NCBI GenBank assembly: GCA_965213685.1
Contig: CBDBZY010000064.1
Location: 1,504,001 to 1,568,000 of the forward strand
From: a bacterium
Lineage (GTDB): Bacteria; UBA8248
Length of the DNA stretch: 64,000 bases
Direction: 5' to 3'
Part shown: positions 1 to 24,604 of the stretch, one piece after another
Numbering within the stretch: position 1 is the stretch's first letter
How the letters are laid out: each line of letters starts with the position of its first letter
Translations under genes and position numbers: made by a program
Notes under the pieces: model-generated
Seen by the model: only the letters and a program-made list of their open reading frames with translations
What the model was told of the DNA's origin: nothing
Database searches by the model: none

Positions 1-470
1 CACAGAGAGACAGAGACAGAAACTGACAGAGAGACAGACAGAGGTTTGGTTAGTTCATAGTTTGCTGTCATGTAATTGCTAACTCATTTGAATGACTTTT
101 GACACTAAGGCACACTAAAAGGTAGTATTGCCATAGACTACACAGGTCTGACTGTCACGTTTTACTTTTTGTAGCTTCATCAAATGTATAGAAAGCGTAA
201 GAGCAAGCAGCAGAGGGAACCATCCACTCTGCCATGCGTCATATATGGAATTATTGAATGATGTCATTGAGCCAGTTACGTTTGTGAGTAGTGCGGGCCA
301 GGGGGTGACGTACGTACCATATACTGGAGGATTGCGCAGCAAGGTACCGCTAGTGTGGGGCTCGCTCATGCTCGCCACAAATTATATATATGCATGTAAT
401 ACAGATGTATACATTGTGTACTATGTGTGTGCATCATGTTCACATGCACTGTACATGGATACAATTGCAG

Positions 471-9181
<8,711 letters not shown>

Positions 9182-10382
9182 TTTGTGTATTAGATCATTT
9201 CAGACTTGTTCATGCTTTTCTCAGACAAATGCTATCATGTGCGTAATGTATTGGGCATGTGGTATGTGGAATTCACAATATTCAGTTCTTTTAGCATGCT
9301 TTGACAAATATGTCTACTTCTCGTGACTGTATTAGTTAGTAGTTACATGGTATGTGCAGCCAGGTACCTAGGTACTGTCCGGGGAAGTATATACGTACAT
9401 TGTGGTTCTCAGAACTTGTACACATAGTGTAGCTTCAGCTGGATAAGTACCTCATCTGTTCATCTAATCTTTGCTGCCAGAAAGTAGTAGCACATAACAA
9501 AACACTAGTCTTGCTTTAGTTGTTTAGGTAAGTTTCAGTTTGATATTAGCTTTCAGGTTTCCCTGTGAGGGTGACACAAGTGGAAGGTTCCATCCAGAGC
9601 ACTGAACAGGGGTCCATTGACTAGAAGTCCAGTCGCCAAGCACCAAGCCATTACTCCAGGCAAAGGTTTGTTTCCCCATTTTTCATTTGACATTGTGCTT
9701 ATGTGAAGAATGGAGAGGCAAAATGTTGTCCAGAGTAATGGCTTGGTGTTCATAAGGAGGAATTGGGACACAAACTTGTCTGGAGTAGTGGCTTGGTGTT
9801 TGGTGCACTGGACTCCTATATAGTCACTGTGCTCAGGTTTGATGTTCCGGATGGAAGTTTGTCAATTTTTCCATTCTTTCTTTTTCCACCTGTGTCACCA
9901 ACGATAATTCCATCACCAAGTAATGATGTCCACTATGTCACTATGTACCCGTGAGGGCAATATAACCACTCAAATCCAAAAGAATGGTGCCTAGGAAAGC
10001 CTAAGTGGGTTATGTAAGTACTGGTTAGTGGGCCGGGTGAATAGAGTTGATTAAGTACATATATGTACATGTACCCCTTGAAGTGATGCATTCTGGCCAT
10101 TTCACCCATGGGCTGAGGGTACCATTTCAGTTACATGCAAGATGTGAACATGCATGGGGATCAACTGTTATACAATATTTGTGAAATAAGTTGCCAGAGA
10201 TGGGCCAGTTGGCACACACAATTAACTTGAACTTGATGCCCTTTGTTGACTAGGAGGGTGAATATCCTTTAACATAATTATGCTACCTGAACTGTTTATG
10301 TACATGTATATACATGTACTTTCACAGTGTTCCCTCTTGACATAGATAATTGTCGTGTGTGTTTAGACATAAAAAATAGTTG

Positions 10383-11331
10383 AAACTGTATAGGCTCATT
10401 GCTACGTATAGTTTACTAGTTTCAAAGTTAATGAACTTTGCATAGCAGAAGAAACAGGACATTTCGGTCCGTAGACCTTCCTTAGCTGAATACAATAACT
10501 AATATAATGGATCAGTTTCCTAGGGTATGTGTGTGATGCTGAGAGCAGGATGGAGGAACTTGAACATCTAAGGAGAGTTTTTCATGCTAACAGGTACCCT
10601 AGGAAATTGATCCAAAGCACCTTGAACCAACCACCCCATGTCCCTCATGATCTGGTTCAAACTATGGAGCCACAAACAAAGCTAAAGACACTATGTCTAC
10701 TCTATGTTAGACATCTCTCTGAAGAGATTCAGAGACTATGCAAGGATCTAGACATAAGGGTAGTCTTCAGACCATGTAACAGCTCCTCACAAAAGTGAAG
10801 ACCCCAACACTGGACGAGAAGAAAACTGGGGTGATCTATGAGATTCCCTGTTTGGACAGTGAGACAATATACATTGGGGAGACAGGAAGATATATGGGGA
10901 AGAGGATGCTTGAACACAGGAGAGCAGTGAGGAATGGAGACAGGACCAATGGAGTGGAAGTGCATGCATGGGATTAGAGCCATAGAGTTAACTGGACAGG
11001 TGTCAAGATAAGAGAGGTTGAAACACGCTCATGGACATTGGAGGCAGTACATATCCAAACCCAACCCCATACCAGTAACCTTGATTGTGGACTCTCTCTC
11101 AATGATGTATGGTTACCATTGATTCGCAATGAATAGGCATGCCCCTAGGTGTTGCTTATTTTGGTCATCATTGGTATCTGTTCATTATGTTACGTCATTT
11201 CTGTGTCATGGTTATACTTAATCTTGTTTCATTGCTAGTTATTGTATTCAGCTAAGGAAGGTCTCTGGACCAAAACATCCTGTTTCTATTAAGTTTTCTG
11301 CTATGCAAAGTTCATTAACTTTGAAACTATC
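10383..11331 (+). mobile_element. 5'-truncated Penelope-like retroelement (GIY-YIG remnant) with inverted terminal repeats
   Basis: Decayed ORF LRRVFHANRYP...KTGVIYEIPCLDSETIYIGETGR...RMLEH. Sequence at ~10417-10501 is the inverse of ~11236-11329. Flanked by AAAAATAGTTG; absent in copy 2 (~28760). Confidence 0.88.
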
Positions 11332-13327
11332 AAAAATAGTTGTTTAGGCTGAAAATGGGGTTTCATGGAAGTATTTTAGTCCTGGAACAAATCAATTGTT
11401 GCACTGTGTTTGAAGTCCTGCTACATGCACACCCTTGGCACTGCTTCTTTTATACATGTAATAATATACTATACTTATAACTGCAGTGAAAATAGGGTGT
11501 TTAGCATCATTGATAGTTTTGGGGTAGTGTATGTTGAAAAGTATACATCTGATACTTTACTGCATAATGATTTACAAGAGTGCAGTTAAATGAACTACAG
11601 TACATAATTTACAAAACCTGTAATATCATGACACTTGTAGTGGGTGGTCAACAGTCAACACCAAGCATAGTTCTATGGCTGTAGCGTTCCGAGGGATAGA
11701 GGGTATAGTAGAAGGCTAGCTCATCGTACCATGCCCCTAGTAGTTTCACCTTCTCTCTTGAAGGCAGCTGATCATAGTAGTGCTGTAGGAGTTGGGCTGT
11801 CTGGCTTTCAGGGCTGTGCAGACTCTCATCTCGATAGTAGAGTGGATTCATTCCGAGTTTCTTGATCAATGCTTGAGCATCACGAGAAAATGTCTTGAAG
11901 TTGCCATAAAAATCATATTGTATTAGACATGGATGGCATATGTCCATTGAGGGACGAAAATGCTCATTTAGTTCTTCCTTTTCCATGTCTATCAAATACT
12001 GCACAAATTCAGAAAAGGTAACATTGAGATCAGCCCTCTTAGGCTTGGAGGCTGCCTGCCAACTGAGGTAGTCAGTTAGTCGATACCGTAGGAGAATGTC
12101 TTTCTTAATTTTGTGAGGAAATGAATCCTGCTTTTCATAGTCCAAAGGTGGTTCAATCTTGTTTCGATAGCCAGACACAAGTCTTTCTAAAGGGTTACGA
12201 ACCATCATAAACTTGTAGTAGCCTTGTATCATATTTGCACGTTGCACTTTGGTGAGGGTTGCGTTCTTGAGAGAAGCGTGCTTGAGTGCTGGTTCAATAT
12301 AAGTTCTATCATTCACCCATCGCCACTCAACAGTACTGAAGGGGAGATGGCCCCCCATGTACAGCATGAGCCGTTTCATATTGGTACAGCCAATCTGTGG
12401 TAGAGAGAGGGGACAGGTGGATGAGTACTCACTCTTACATATGTACATGTACATTAAAACCCAGCTGGTTTTAAGCTACATGTACATAGCTGCCATCTCC
12501 ACGTACATGTAGGTTTCTCAACATAGTCACACTCATAGGGCTATGTATTGCCAGAGAAGTACATGCACATCTATCACATGGAGAAGCTACACATGTGATA
12601 ACAGTGCAGGATAGTCACACACTGGATGCGGGTTGGAGTGTGACAGAGTGCACAATATATGTGAGGTGTAACCTCATACCCAGGCCCCTCCCTCGTGGGA
12701 GGGGCCTGGGTACGAAGCTAACATGAAGTGCTGCAATTATTTACAAAATCATTCCTTTAATGGTTTCCTGTTGTAACATGTCAGGGCTTCCTCCTTAGCA
12801 TAATTCTGGAAATTTCCCAGTGAGGTGGTATGCATGGACACCTGCAAATATTCATCACTGCATGCAAGTGGCAATGCAGTTTTTCCCTTCCCACAGTGTT
12901 GCATAAACATGTATGCATGTGTGCGAGTAACTCTGCAGAACCCAACATCTGATTGTATTTGTGATTTTGTCGCAGGATGACTAACTGGTGTATTAGCAGC
13001 TGGTGGATGAAGCCACGGTGAGGAAAAGCACCCCCAGGCTCAAATCCAGCCCAAGTAGGAAGAAGGTAACAAGAAGTATATTGTAACTCAAGACAGCAGT
13101 GGGATAAGGAAGAGGTCACACTTCAGAGGAGAGCCACTGAGCCAGGAAAGAGAAACATTTGGCCTATAATGCTATACATGAAGACGATCACAATGAGTGT
13201 ATGTACTGAGACATCAGAGAGGAGTGAAGTACATGTATTCTAGTACTGAAATGTCAGTGTAGAGCAGTGTCAACTGAGACCACACCTCTACAACACATTC
13301 CGCCATTCCGTGTACTACATGTACATG

Positions 13328-13625
13328 GGCTGGCTGTCATCCGGTGGCCATAGCTCAGGTGGTAAAGCACTGACAGCTTAAGTCAGAGGCCCCCGGTTCA
13401 ATCCCAGGTGGCTGCTGGTTTTCACAGTTTGAGACTAGACAAGCAAAGCAACTACGCCTGAAGACAACTCCCTTTTTCTCCAGAGAAAAAGAAGAGCTGC
13501 CTCAGGCGGGACTCGAACCCACGACATTCTGCATACCGGGCAGACACTCTATCAACTGAGCCACGGAGGCAGCTCAGCTGGGCAGGCCGAATCTTTACAA
13601 AGGCAAAGTCGTCTCTTCCCTGATA
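13328..13625. mobile_element. Partial family-2 tRNA-like repeat (+) abutting a family-1 SINE (-)
   Basis: Two tRNA-like segments in opposite orientation (~13343-13416 + and ~13495-13580 -). Absent from copy 2. Confidence 0.75.
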
Positions 13626-16600
13626 AACAGGGTAACTCTAACGCATGTACGGCATATATGTACTATACAGTTTTTGCAAGTATAGCAATGTTCAGACAGT
13701 AGTTGATGGCCTCTAGCACACTTGGAGATGTTCAGCCACACTCGACAGGTAGCCCACACACTACAGACCCAAGAAGGACACCTACTCCTCCGTATCCTTC
13801 ACATACATGTCCATGAACCTCACCATGGAGAACACAATGAACAGCCTACTGTGAATACATGATACCGTCATGCTCAGTTTGCTAACAGTAGTGGCTACAT
13901 TGATGTTTCCAAGTGCCAAATCAATATGTGCTATATACTCCACATGTCAACATACTTGCCACATGAGCACATGGACCATGAAGTACACTTGAATGAGCTC
14001 GTGCTGGACCAACAGACAGACGTACATGTGTGATACAGCAAGAGGTACAGCAGAGACATACACACGAACCAATACACACACAGACATGTGAAGAGTAAGC
14101 CATAACACTACATGTACACAACTGAGAAGTGAGATATACTCACCCACCATAGCAATGCTGCCATTGACCACACACCCATTGTCCTGGGCAAAGCATCCAG
14201 ATAAACACATGCTGGACTCCACTAACCCACCTGCAATCACCCCCTTACTGGTACCTTCTCTATCATCTTCCCAACACCAGAAGCTCTTCTGATCCCCAGC
14301 CAAGGACTCAGGAAAAAAACTGGCCAGTGAAAGCTTTCCTTCCATACGTTTTATACTTCCTCCTTTCCCACATACTAACAACTGAGAAGTAATTAAAATA
14401 TGGAGTGGTATTTGATATGTAGTGCTAGAGTTGATGAAGGTTCTGGGGCTGAAATGCTTGTAAAACTGTTCTATGTCAAAGCTCAAATTACTTATCAAAA
14501 CAGAGACAGACAGGGAGGTAGACAGACAGACAGGTAAGCTAACTAGGTCACCCATCTCAAGCTGGTGTAGCCACATTCTCAGCACATTCATTGCCTACAA
14601 ATAGACAGACAGACAGACAGACAGATGAATGGATAGACAGATAGACAGACACAAACTGACAGACAGACAGACAGGCTCAAGGTGTTTTACTACAAATGCT
14701 AATACCAACCTTTTGTACAAAGCAGTACATGGAGCGAGTATGCTCCTCAAATATGAGGTGTCGATAGAAGAGTTTGGCTGCATGAGTGTCCACAGGGAAG
14801 TGCTGCTCTCCAGGGAAGAAGTGCTTATGACAGAGCTTCCTGATGCGCTGCTTTTGAAACTGAGGAAAAGTTGCGAGAAAAGGGTGAGACAGGGGCAGTT
14901 GAGGAATTACATATAATAATTATGACAAATGTAGGGGGAAAAGAGAGAAATGTAATGAACACAGAAACTGCATGAGGAATAATATACTACGTGAAATTGT
15001 TAAATGAACTGCAGCATGGAACAAACAGGTGTGGTGCATGGTGGATATGATGAATAAAGACATGATTGTACATGTATGTTATAGGGAATACAGGCAATCA
15101 GGCACAATCAACAAGCAATGTTTGCTGGCCATTTGGTACATGTACATGTACATGTACATAGTATGTTCTCATGTGGCAGAGTGATGTTCCACTTGTAGAA
15201 TGCTAATGAGCCTACATACACAATAAATAGTAACCTAGCAGTTGACCAACATGTACATGTACATGTACACGTGCATGTATGTACATGTATATATGTATCC
15301 ACATCCCGCATCTCATGTTGGGTCAAAGATTATAGATGCATGTATATGCATGTACATGACAGACATCCATAGCTCATAACAAGAGAAGAGACATGAGGGC
15401 TCTCAAAAGGGAATAGCCAACAGTACCTGTGCTATTCGTATGCAGGTATGTTGATGGGTATGTATATCCATAATTCTCCAGCATGCTTGAGATGACCTGT
15501 TTAGCTACTGAACATATCCACTCATTACCACACTCACTTTCCCTCTGATGTCAATGTCTGGGTGCTCAGACAGTCTTAGCGTCTCCTCATCCACCTCCTG
15601 CCCCAGGACAGACGCCAGTGCTACATGGACAAGAAAAACCACACGTGCACATGTCAGGTACATGTACATACGTATGTGCACAACACAGGTGTACATTTCT
15701 TCTAGGCATGCATTCCACGTGCACATTATTGTTATCATTCACTCTGAGAGACTGGACTCGGAACTGTATCATGTGTATATATGCGCCATAAAGTGTGCAT
15801 TCCTGAGTCCAGCATCTCACACTGTCCCTCACCACACAGTTCTGAGATACTGCAGATGTATAGTGTACAATGTATGCATGTCAGAGAGCGTGTTGACCCT
15901 GAGGTGTTGAGGAATTTGCTCCCCTATAGACCTATTGCCCCTAAAGGTATTCATCCTGTCAGACAACTCGTAACAGAAGTGCTACAGATGTGGCCCAGTC
16001 TGGCCTCCTCCTCTGCCTAACCACCTGCTATGGCCAGTGCACAGTCCATACAGAGGGTATAAAAGTACCCCATAGAGTGACACAGATTCCAAGAAATGTG
16101 ACATCATGAGCCAGTAAGGAATGCATGTACATGTACATGTCTTATGTTATCAAATCAGTTGACTACAGACCCACTGTACTGCAAGCAGTACTGCCAGAGA
16201 CAAATGAGTGCAGCACAGTTATGGCAACTAGTAAGGATACATGTACATGTACAAGGAGTTTTGTAGATGCTATTTGGGGAAAGAAAGGATTAAATCTTGG
16301 TTAGGGAAATATATGCAAACCAAACAAACTATCCACATACTTACATGCACAGAGTGTATACATAGCTGAACCAACTTGTTGGACTGGCAGATATTATGTG
16401 TGGGTGTCAGAATTGGGGCCAAGGTCCTTGCAGGGCTATTGTAAGTACACGTATGTAAGTACATGTATGTTACGTATGAGCTCATACAGAATTCAAGCCA
16501 ACTAGTAAAGAGCTTGACATATTCCAGAACCATCCAACATACATGTAACTGTTGTGTCATAGTAGGAGTAATCCAGCCAGCTATAGTTTGAGGGTTCATG

Positions 16601-17609
16601 TGTGTGTATATGTACATGTGACTACTACAGGTATTGTTCACAGTCAGCATGTGACTTGCACACAAGATTACAATCTCCAGCTAAAAACCATATAGCAACA
16701 GTTACTGTACAAGCTACATGTTATTAAGTGTCAGATGAACACAACCAGTTTTGCATGTACATGCAGATGACTACAGATGGAACACCATTGTTGCAATACT
16801 CCAGGAGTTCATACTGCCTTTCATACAGTACATTGTAGCATTCCTTTATGGCTAAGGTGCACATAGTACATGTACATGTACGTACATCTAGCTACATGTA
16901 ATTGTCAGTTTAAGATATGACTTGCAACAGGTAGTGACCTGCCCAGGCAGGTACTAATTGAATACTTGAGCAGTCCAATGCACCACAAAACATCACAGTG
17001 ACAACCACACGAATGTTGCCCGCATACCTACATGCCTAGCTCACAAGACAAAATATCAACACTGCATAGGGCACTGGTCCCCCCCCCCCTTGGTGACACA
17101 GCCAATGAGCTGTGATACTAGGCCCATACAGGGGTAGGCAAGGTGACCTGTCCAGGAATAATGCTCCTGGCATGAGGCCAAGTGCCACACATTGTGCTAT
17201 TGGGACTGACAGAAGACAAAAAGCCAAATAAGCCAAAAGTCACTTCACAATAAGGCAGGGACCTCCAAACACACATACCCTTGCATGCTAATAACATTTG
17301 GGAAGCAGCAGATGTAAACAACCAGGAAAAATATCGTGTACATCATGCTTCTGTATACATGTAGTACTCCTGAATTGCAGTTTTCTTCTTCTTATGATGC
17401 CTATCTCACAACTGGAAAGGTTCCATGCATGCATGTGCCTGGAAATCAAATGAACTATGGCTATGTCATGCTTCATTCCAATCTCCTTATGGTAAGAAAC
17501 CTTTGGCCCTACTTGGCAGACACCACTGGATGACTTGTGTTGTAGCTGTGCTTCTGAGGTCTTCACATCATCTTGTATAGAACTACAGGAATCATGAGCC
17601 TACTACAGT

Positions 17610-17995
17610 GTACATGATTAAATCTATGAGACCTATTCAATACAAAACAAGGCAACACAACAACACCACCTGAGACCGGCTCACTTCTTCCTTTTGAGAG
17701 AAAAAGAAGAGCTGCCTCAGGTGGGATTTGAACCCACGCACCTCTGTGGTCACATGCATAAGTTAGAATTAGCCCGTTCATCAGGCTGGATGTACATTGT
17801 ATATGCTTGCCTTGCCTTACCTTGCCTATATACTGTAGATTTGAACCCAGCCGACTGGGCTGCCTCAGTAGCTCAGTTAGCAGAGCACTGTACTAGTAAC
17901 CCGGTGGTCACGGGTTTGAATCCTGTCTGAGGCAGCTCAGTGTTTTTTTTCAATGTCTGCCTTCAGACTTTGCCTTACTTGATTTCCCTTGTTGC
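17610..17995. mobile_element. Two tRNA-derived SINE copies
   Basis: Partial family-1 copy (-) at ~17610-17745 and a + copy at ~17845-17995 (TAGCTCAGTTAG, GGTTTGAATCC). Absent from copy 2 (~36095). Confidence 0.75.
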
Positions 17996-18329
17996 ATATA
18001 CATGTACGAGATTGATCATGTATATGGACCCATTTCCTTGAAATAAGCAATGGTTTAGAGATACATGTATGTACATGTACAATGTGCACATGTACATCCA
18101 ATCATTACTCCATGTCAGCATACTTTCTCTGAGTGTATGACTCATACCTCTACCAGCAGGTAAGTGTACTAAATGCATTGTTATACCACTCAATCTTGAA
18201 TGATTGTTGCATGCTCCTGCAAACACAATGAACTGGAGGTGCCTCCCCCAGGTATCAGGTCAACCCTTGCACTACCAGACTCACAGTGTGCATTATCCAA
18301 GAACACCCTGAAGATGGTAAAATAAAAGG

Positions 18330-18545
<216 letters not shown>

Positions 18546-18630
18546 AAGTAAGAAGAGAGGAGGGGGTGCATTCAGAAGTACTGAATCCCCTCCACTATGT
18601 AATCACATTCCAAATGCTGCCACGTTCAAG

Positions 18631-19305
18631 TAGTCTCGCGTAGCCAGACTCTCTCGGCAAGCGGGAGAGAGTCTGGTCAACTGCCCATATAGGACTTGTT
18701 CTGACACCCACCCCAACTGGAGTGGGCGATAAGTATGTGCGAACCACAGCGTTTACATTACGGCACGATTATTGCAAGGCGTCAAGTCCACACCTGCATG
18801 CGCACTAACGCAGTACTGTCCGGGGCAGAGTGCGTGTCGCAAAATACAGCCAGGGATGGAAGAGGGTTGTTTGTGCAGCTGTTCACATTAATCGCCGTCT
18901 CCATAACCATAACTATATGTAGCTCGCTAGCTCTCCAGTGGGCACTTAGGCGGGCTCCCGCACGCGGCAATTGCTTGACACCTTGCAATAATGTAAACGC
19001 TGTGGTTCGCACATACTTATCGCCCACCCCAGTTGGAGTGGGTGTCAGAACAAGTCCTATATGGGCAGTTGACCCATAGATATTATACCTTACGGTTCCG
19101 TAAGGTATAATATCTATGGGTCAACTGCAAGGTATAATATCTATGGGTCAACTGCCCATATAGGACTTGTTCTGACACCCACTCCAACTGGGGTGGGCGA
19201 TAAGTATGTGCGAACCACAGCGTTTACATTATTCCGTAAGGTATAATATCTATGGTTGACCAGACTCTCTCCCGCTTGCCGAGAGAGTCTGGCTACGCGA
19301 GACTA
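18631..19305. mobile_element. Long-TIR MITE with 9-bp TSD (Mutator-like), carrying a nested element
   Basis: TIR TAGTCTCGCGTAGCCAGACTCTCTCGGCAAGCGGG with TSD ACGTTCAAG (18622-18630 and 19306-19314). The site is empty in copy 2 (~36823). Confidence 0.9.
19075..19254. mobile_element. Nested small TIR element CATAGATA...TATCTATG with 7-bp TSD (P-superfamily-like)
   Basis: TSD GTTGACC (19068-19074 and 19255-19261). A related minimal copy lies at ~40399-40436. Confidence 0.7.
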
Positions 19306-19339
19306 ACGTTCAAGTGCCATGTACATTGTACATGCTCAC

Positions 19340-19828
19340 TAGTCTCACCGCAGTAACAGTCCGCGTTGAGCGTTTTGTTCTGACACCCCCAGACCATAGA
19401 CGCGTAACGCATCTATACTATCTATATGGCTTGTGGTAAGTGGTCGCATGAATAACATTAGCTGGAGTGTGCACGTGCGGTACCAACATAGTATGAGCGT
19501 AATGTGGTATGACATAGCGCCGGAGCTTGCACACAATCAGCAGCAACGGCGAAGCAGCCATGAGCCAAAGGTGTTCGCATGAGGTTGTACGGACACAGTG
19601 TCGAGAAATCGCGCAGAGTGTTGGAATTGTTGTGCATGAAGGAACGTCAGGTTGGTCTGGACGGGTTTGTAGAAACGTAGGATAGGAATGCATTCCTGTG
19701 TTGCGGATACCACTTACCGCAAGCCATATATCACCCACTTATCGCCCACCGAAAGTCTGGGGGTGTCGCTCAACGTCAGTTGACCAGACTGCTACTGCGG
19801 TGCGTAACAGTCTGGCTCCGCGAGACTA
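19340..19828. mobile_element. MITE with 9-bp TSD, next to the exon-1 donor of sulfotransferase copy 1
   Basis: Ends TAGTCTC...GAGACTA with TSD CATGCTCAC (19331-19339 and 19829-19837). Absent in copy 2. Confidence 0.85.
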
Positions 19829-20603
19829 CATGCTCACCGGCTGATGGGCACCAATAACAAGAGAAGCACTGCACAGAGGCCCGCAATCGACAGGATGCGC
19901 CGTAATGGCCTCATCAGATACAGTGTTCAACCGTACTTTAGCGCAGGAGACATTCAATGAATAGGTGTTGAGGTCGATTTTTCACCACAAACAATAAAAC
20001 TCTGTTTCTTTGTACATGGCCACGCTCTAGATACAACTTTCGTATAACGGCTAAGGAATGCATTAGAGATAATTGAACTAACAGCTTACCGTGCCTGCCC
20101 GACCCATCCCCCCCAAACGTACCTCGTCCAGGAAGCGTAGGAGGAGAAACTAGGCCAGTTACGGGTGATAGGTAAGGCTACCATATGAGGTGTAGGTTCT
20201 GGCGGTCGTGCAGGCCATGCCCCTTCCCCAGACGGCCACTGAGGCCCCTGCATGATGGGGGCATGTCAATGGGGGAGGACCCCAGAGGGGGCGAACCCTC
20301 TCTAACACGGCCCACACTGGAGTCTCAATGAGACGTACGAACCAGTGGAGAGATTCAAAAAAAAAAAAAAAAAAAATGAACATCAACAGCAGCTGTGTAA
20401 CTGGGCGAACTCTACAGGAGTGTGACTTGGGTGTCCGCGCATGCGTGCATGGACCCGATCCAGTATGCGGCCGGCCGCCGTCCGGACTGCGCCTCCCGCG
20501 CGGCAGGCCCTCGCTGTTAATCTGCCTGGGTTTAAACCTCATTGGGGCGAGCCTTAGCGAGCCCCTCCTAGTCGCCTCAACGGCTGCGCTGTCTATATAT
20601 ATA

Positions 20604-21057
20604 CCGTATTTCCTCGAATAGACGCCTCCCTCGAATAAACGCCGGCCCCGTTTAAACGCCAGGGGTATTAAGGGCAGTATAGCAAATAAACGCCGGGCCT
20701 CAAGTAGACGCCGGGTCGGTCCGGTACAAGCTTGGGGGCGTGGCACGTAGTCCAAGTGCGCCGCGCGGTAGACTCAAAGGAGATTGCTGAACTTCACCTA
20801 CTGCTACTCCGATGACACAGAAGAGATGCTTCGACGTGTCCTTCAAGTAAAAGGCTATTGAGTGTGCCTGTCGCTCCCTTGGCTTGCAATACGGTCGCAC
20901 GAACTGAAGTGAATTTCGACCTCGGCGTGCGCTACGTAGAGTGGGTGGGCGTGGGCAAGAAATACGCGAAGTAAATAAACGCCGGCCCCGTTTAAACGCC
21001 GGGTCTGCGGAGTCGCGAAGGAAATAAACGCCCGCGCGTCTATTCGAGGAAATACGG
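20604..21057. mobile_element. pogo/Tc1-mariner-type non-autonomous element
   Basis: TIR CCGTATTTCCTCGAATAGACGC flanked by TA. The internal remnant KRCFDVSFK*KAIECA resembles a pogo N-terminal DNA-binding domain. Confidence 0.8.
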
Positions 21058-21169
21058 TATATGGCGGTACGTACGTCATTCCATAAATGTTCTACGTCTC
21101 GATTTATGCGAATGATGTTATTCCGTAATTCCGTAAATGTTCCACGTCTTGATTTATTCGAATGATATT

Positions 21170-23565
<2,396 letters not shown>

Positions 23566-23663
23566 CGTGTGTCCCAATAATGCACCCTACCGTATATCGA
23601 GAGAGTTTTTAGACGTCCGCCACACCCGTTACTAGGCGCATGCGATAAATACACGGCTCGTAG

Positions 23664-24287
23664 TAGCCTCGTTCCCAGGCTCTCCCCCGCGCGCGATGTT
23701 GATACGTGATCTTTGAACTCGTAAAATTAGAGAGGGAGAGCCTGGGCTCCGAAATAGCGTAAACGAGGGACGTTTAATTAACGTGGGCGGGTAAAACCAC
23801 ATTCACGTGAGGTGCCGATTTTGCTTTCTAAACTCAAACACAGAGTAGTTATTTATACAACAAAGACTCGTAGATGAGTTATTGGGATGTATAGGATGGG
23901 CTAGAATGCTGTGTGGCACTTAGAGTCCATCGCAGAGCGAGGTAGAGCTATGCGCACGTTTGTATGCATTGTACTTGAAACTCGACGTCGGGTAACCACT
24001 GACAACAGAGAATCCCTGCGAAGAAGAGAGCGGCTCTGTGCTGGGCGGTCGATCAGGCTCTTCCAGCGTACGGGAGCTAAACAGGCCTACGTGAAGGGTG
24101 ATTTAGAGGGCGTAATGCGTGGGCAACATTACTGCACGTGCGCGTTTCGCCCACGCCAATTAAGTCCTTTCTACCCTGTGACGTCACGTACGCTATTTTG
24201 GAGCCCAGGCCCTCTGCTATCCTAAGCCACGGGGGTCAAAGGTCGCGCGTAATAATCGCTCGAGCAGAGGGCCTGGGAACGAGGCTA
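23664..24287. mobile_element. MITE with 9-bp TSD
   Basis: TIR TAGCCTCGTTCCCAGGC with TSD GGCTCGTAG (23655-23663 and 24288-24296). Confidence 0.88.
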
Positions 24288-24296
24288 GGCTCGTAG

Positions 24297-24604
24297 TAGT
24301 CTAGCACGCTAGACCCTCTCCTTCCGCTACGCGCGCGGCGAAGCCGCACGCGGGAGAGGGTCTACTAAAACTTGCACTTGATCGCGTTTCAACTGACCAA
24401 TCAGATTTCACTGGAGCGATTCGCTCCAACTATATTCATAGCTTTGTTGTAGCGCTTAAGTACTCTGTGGGTGTGTTAAATAGGTGCAAATTGGATTCCT
24501 GAGAAACGCAATCAAGTGCAAGGTTTGCTAGACCCTCTCCCCGCGGCGCGCGGCTTCGCCGCGCGCCCGCGTCGCGGGAGGAGGGGGTCTAGCGTGCTAG
24601 ACTA
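24297..24604. mobile_element. Palindromic MITE at the same 9-bp target
   Basis: TIR TAGTCTAGCACGCTAGACCC, flanked by GGCTCGTAG and GGCTCTTAG (24605-24613). Confidence 0.85.

Noticed and set aside
14629-14916. Plus-strand 95-aa ORF conserved in both copies (also 31505-31747)
   Set aside because: It is the antisense shadow of sulfotransferase exon 4.
13000-17600. Hydrophobic minus-strand peptide scraps in sulfotransferase introns (e.g. LIVIVFMYSIIGQMFLF, ARTLAPIL), suggesting a decayed membrane-protein gene
   Set aside because: They are broken by stops and frameshifts in both copies, and I could not establish a consistent order or family. A translated search would be needed.
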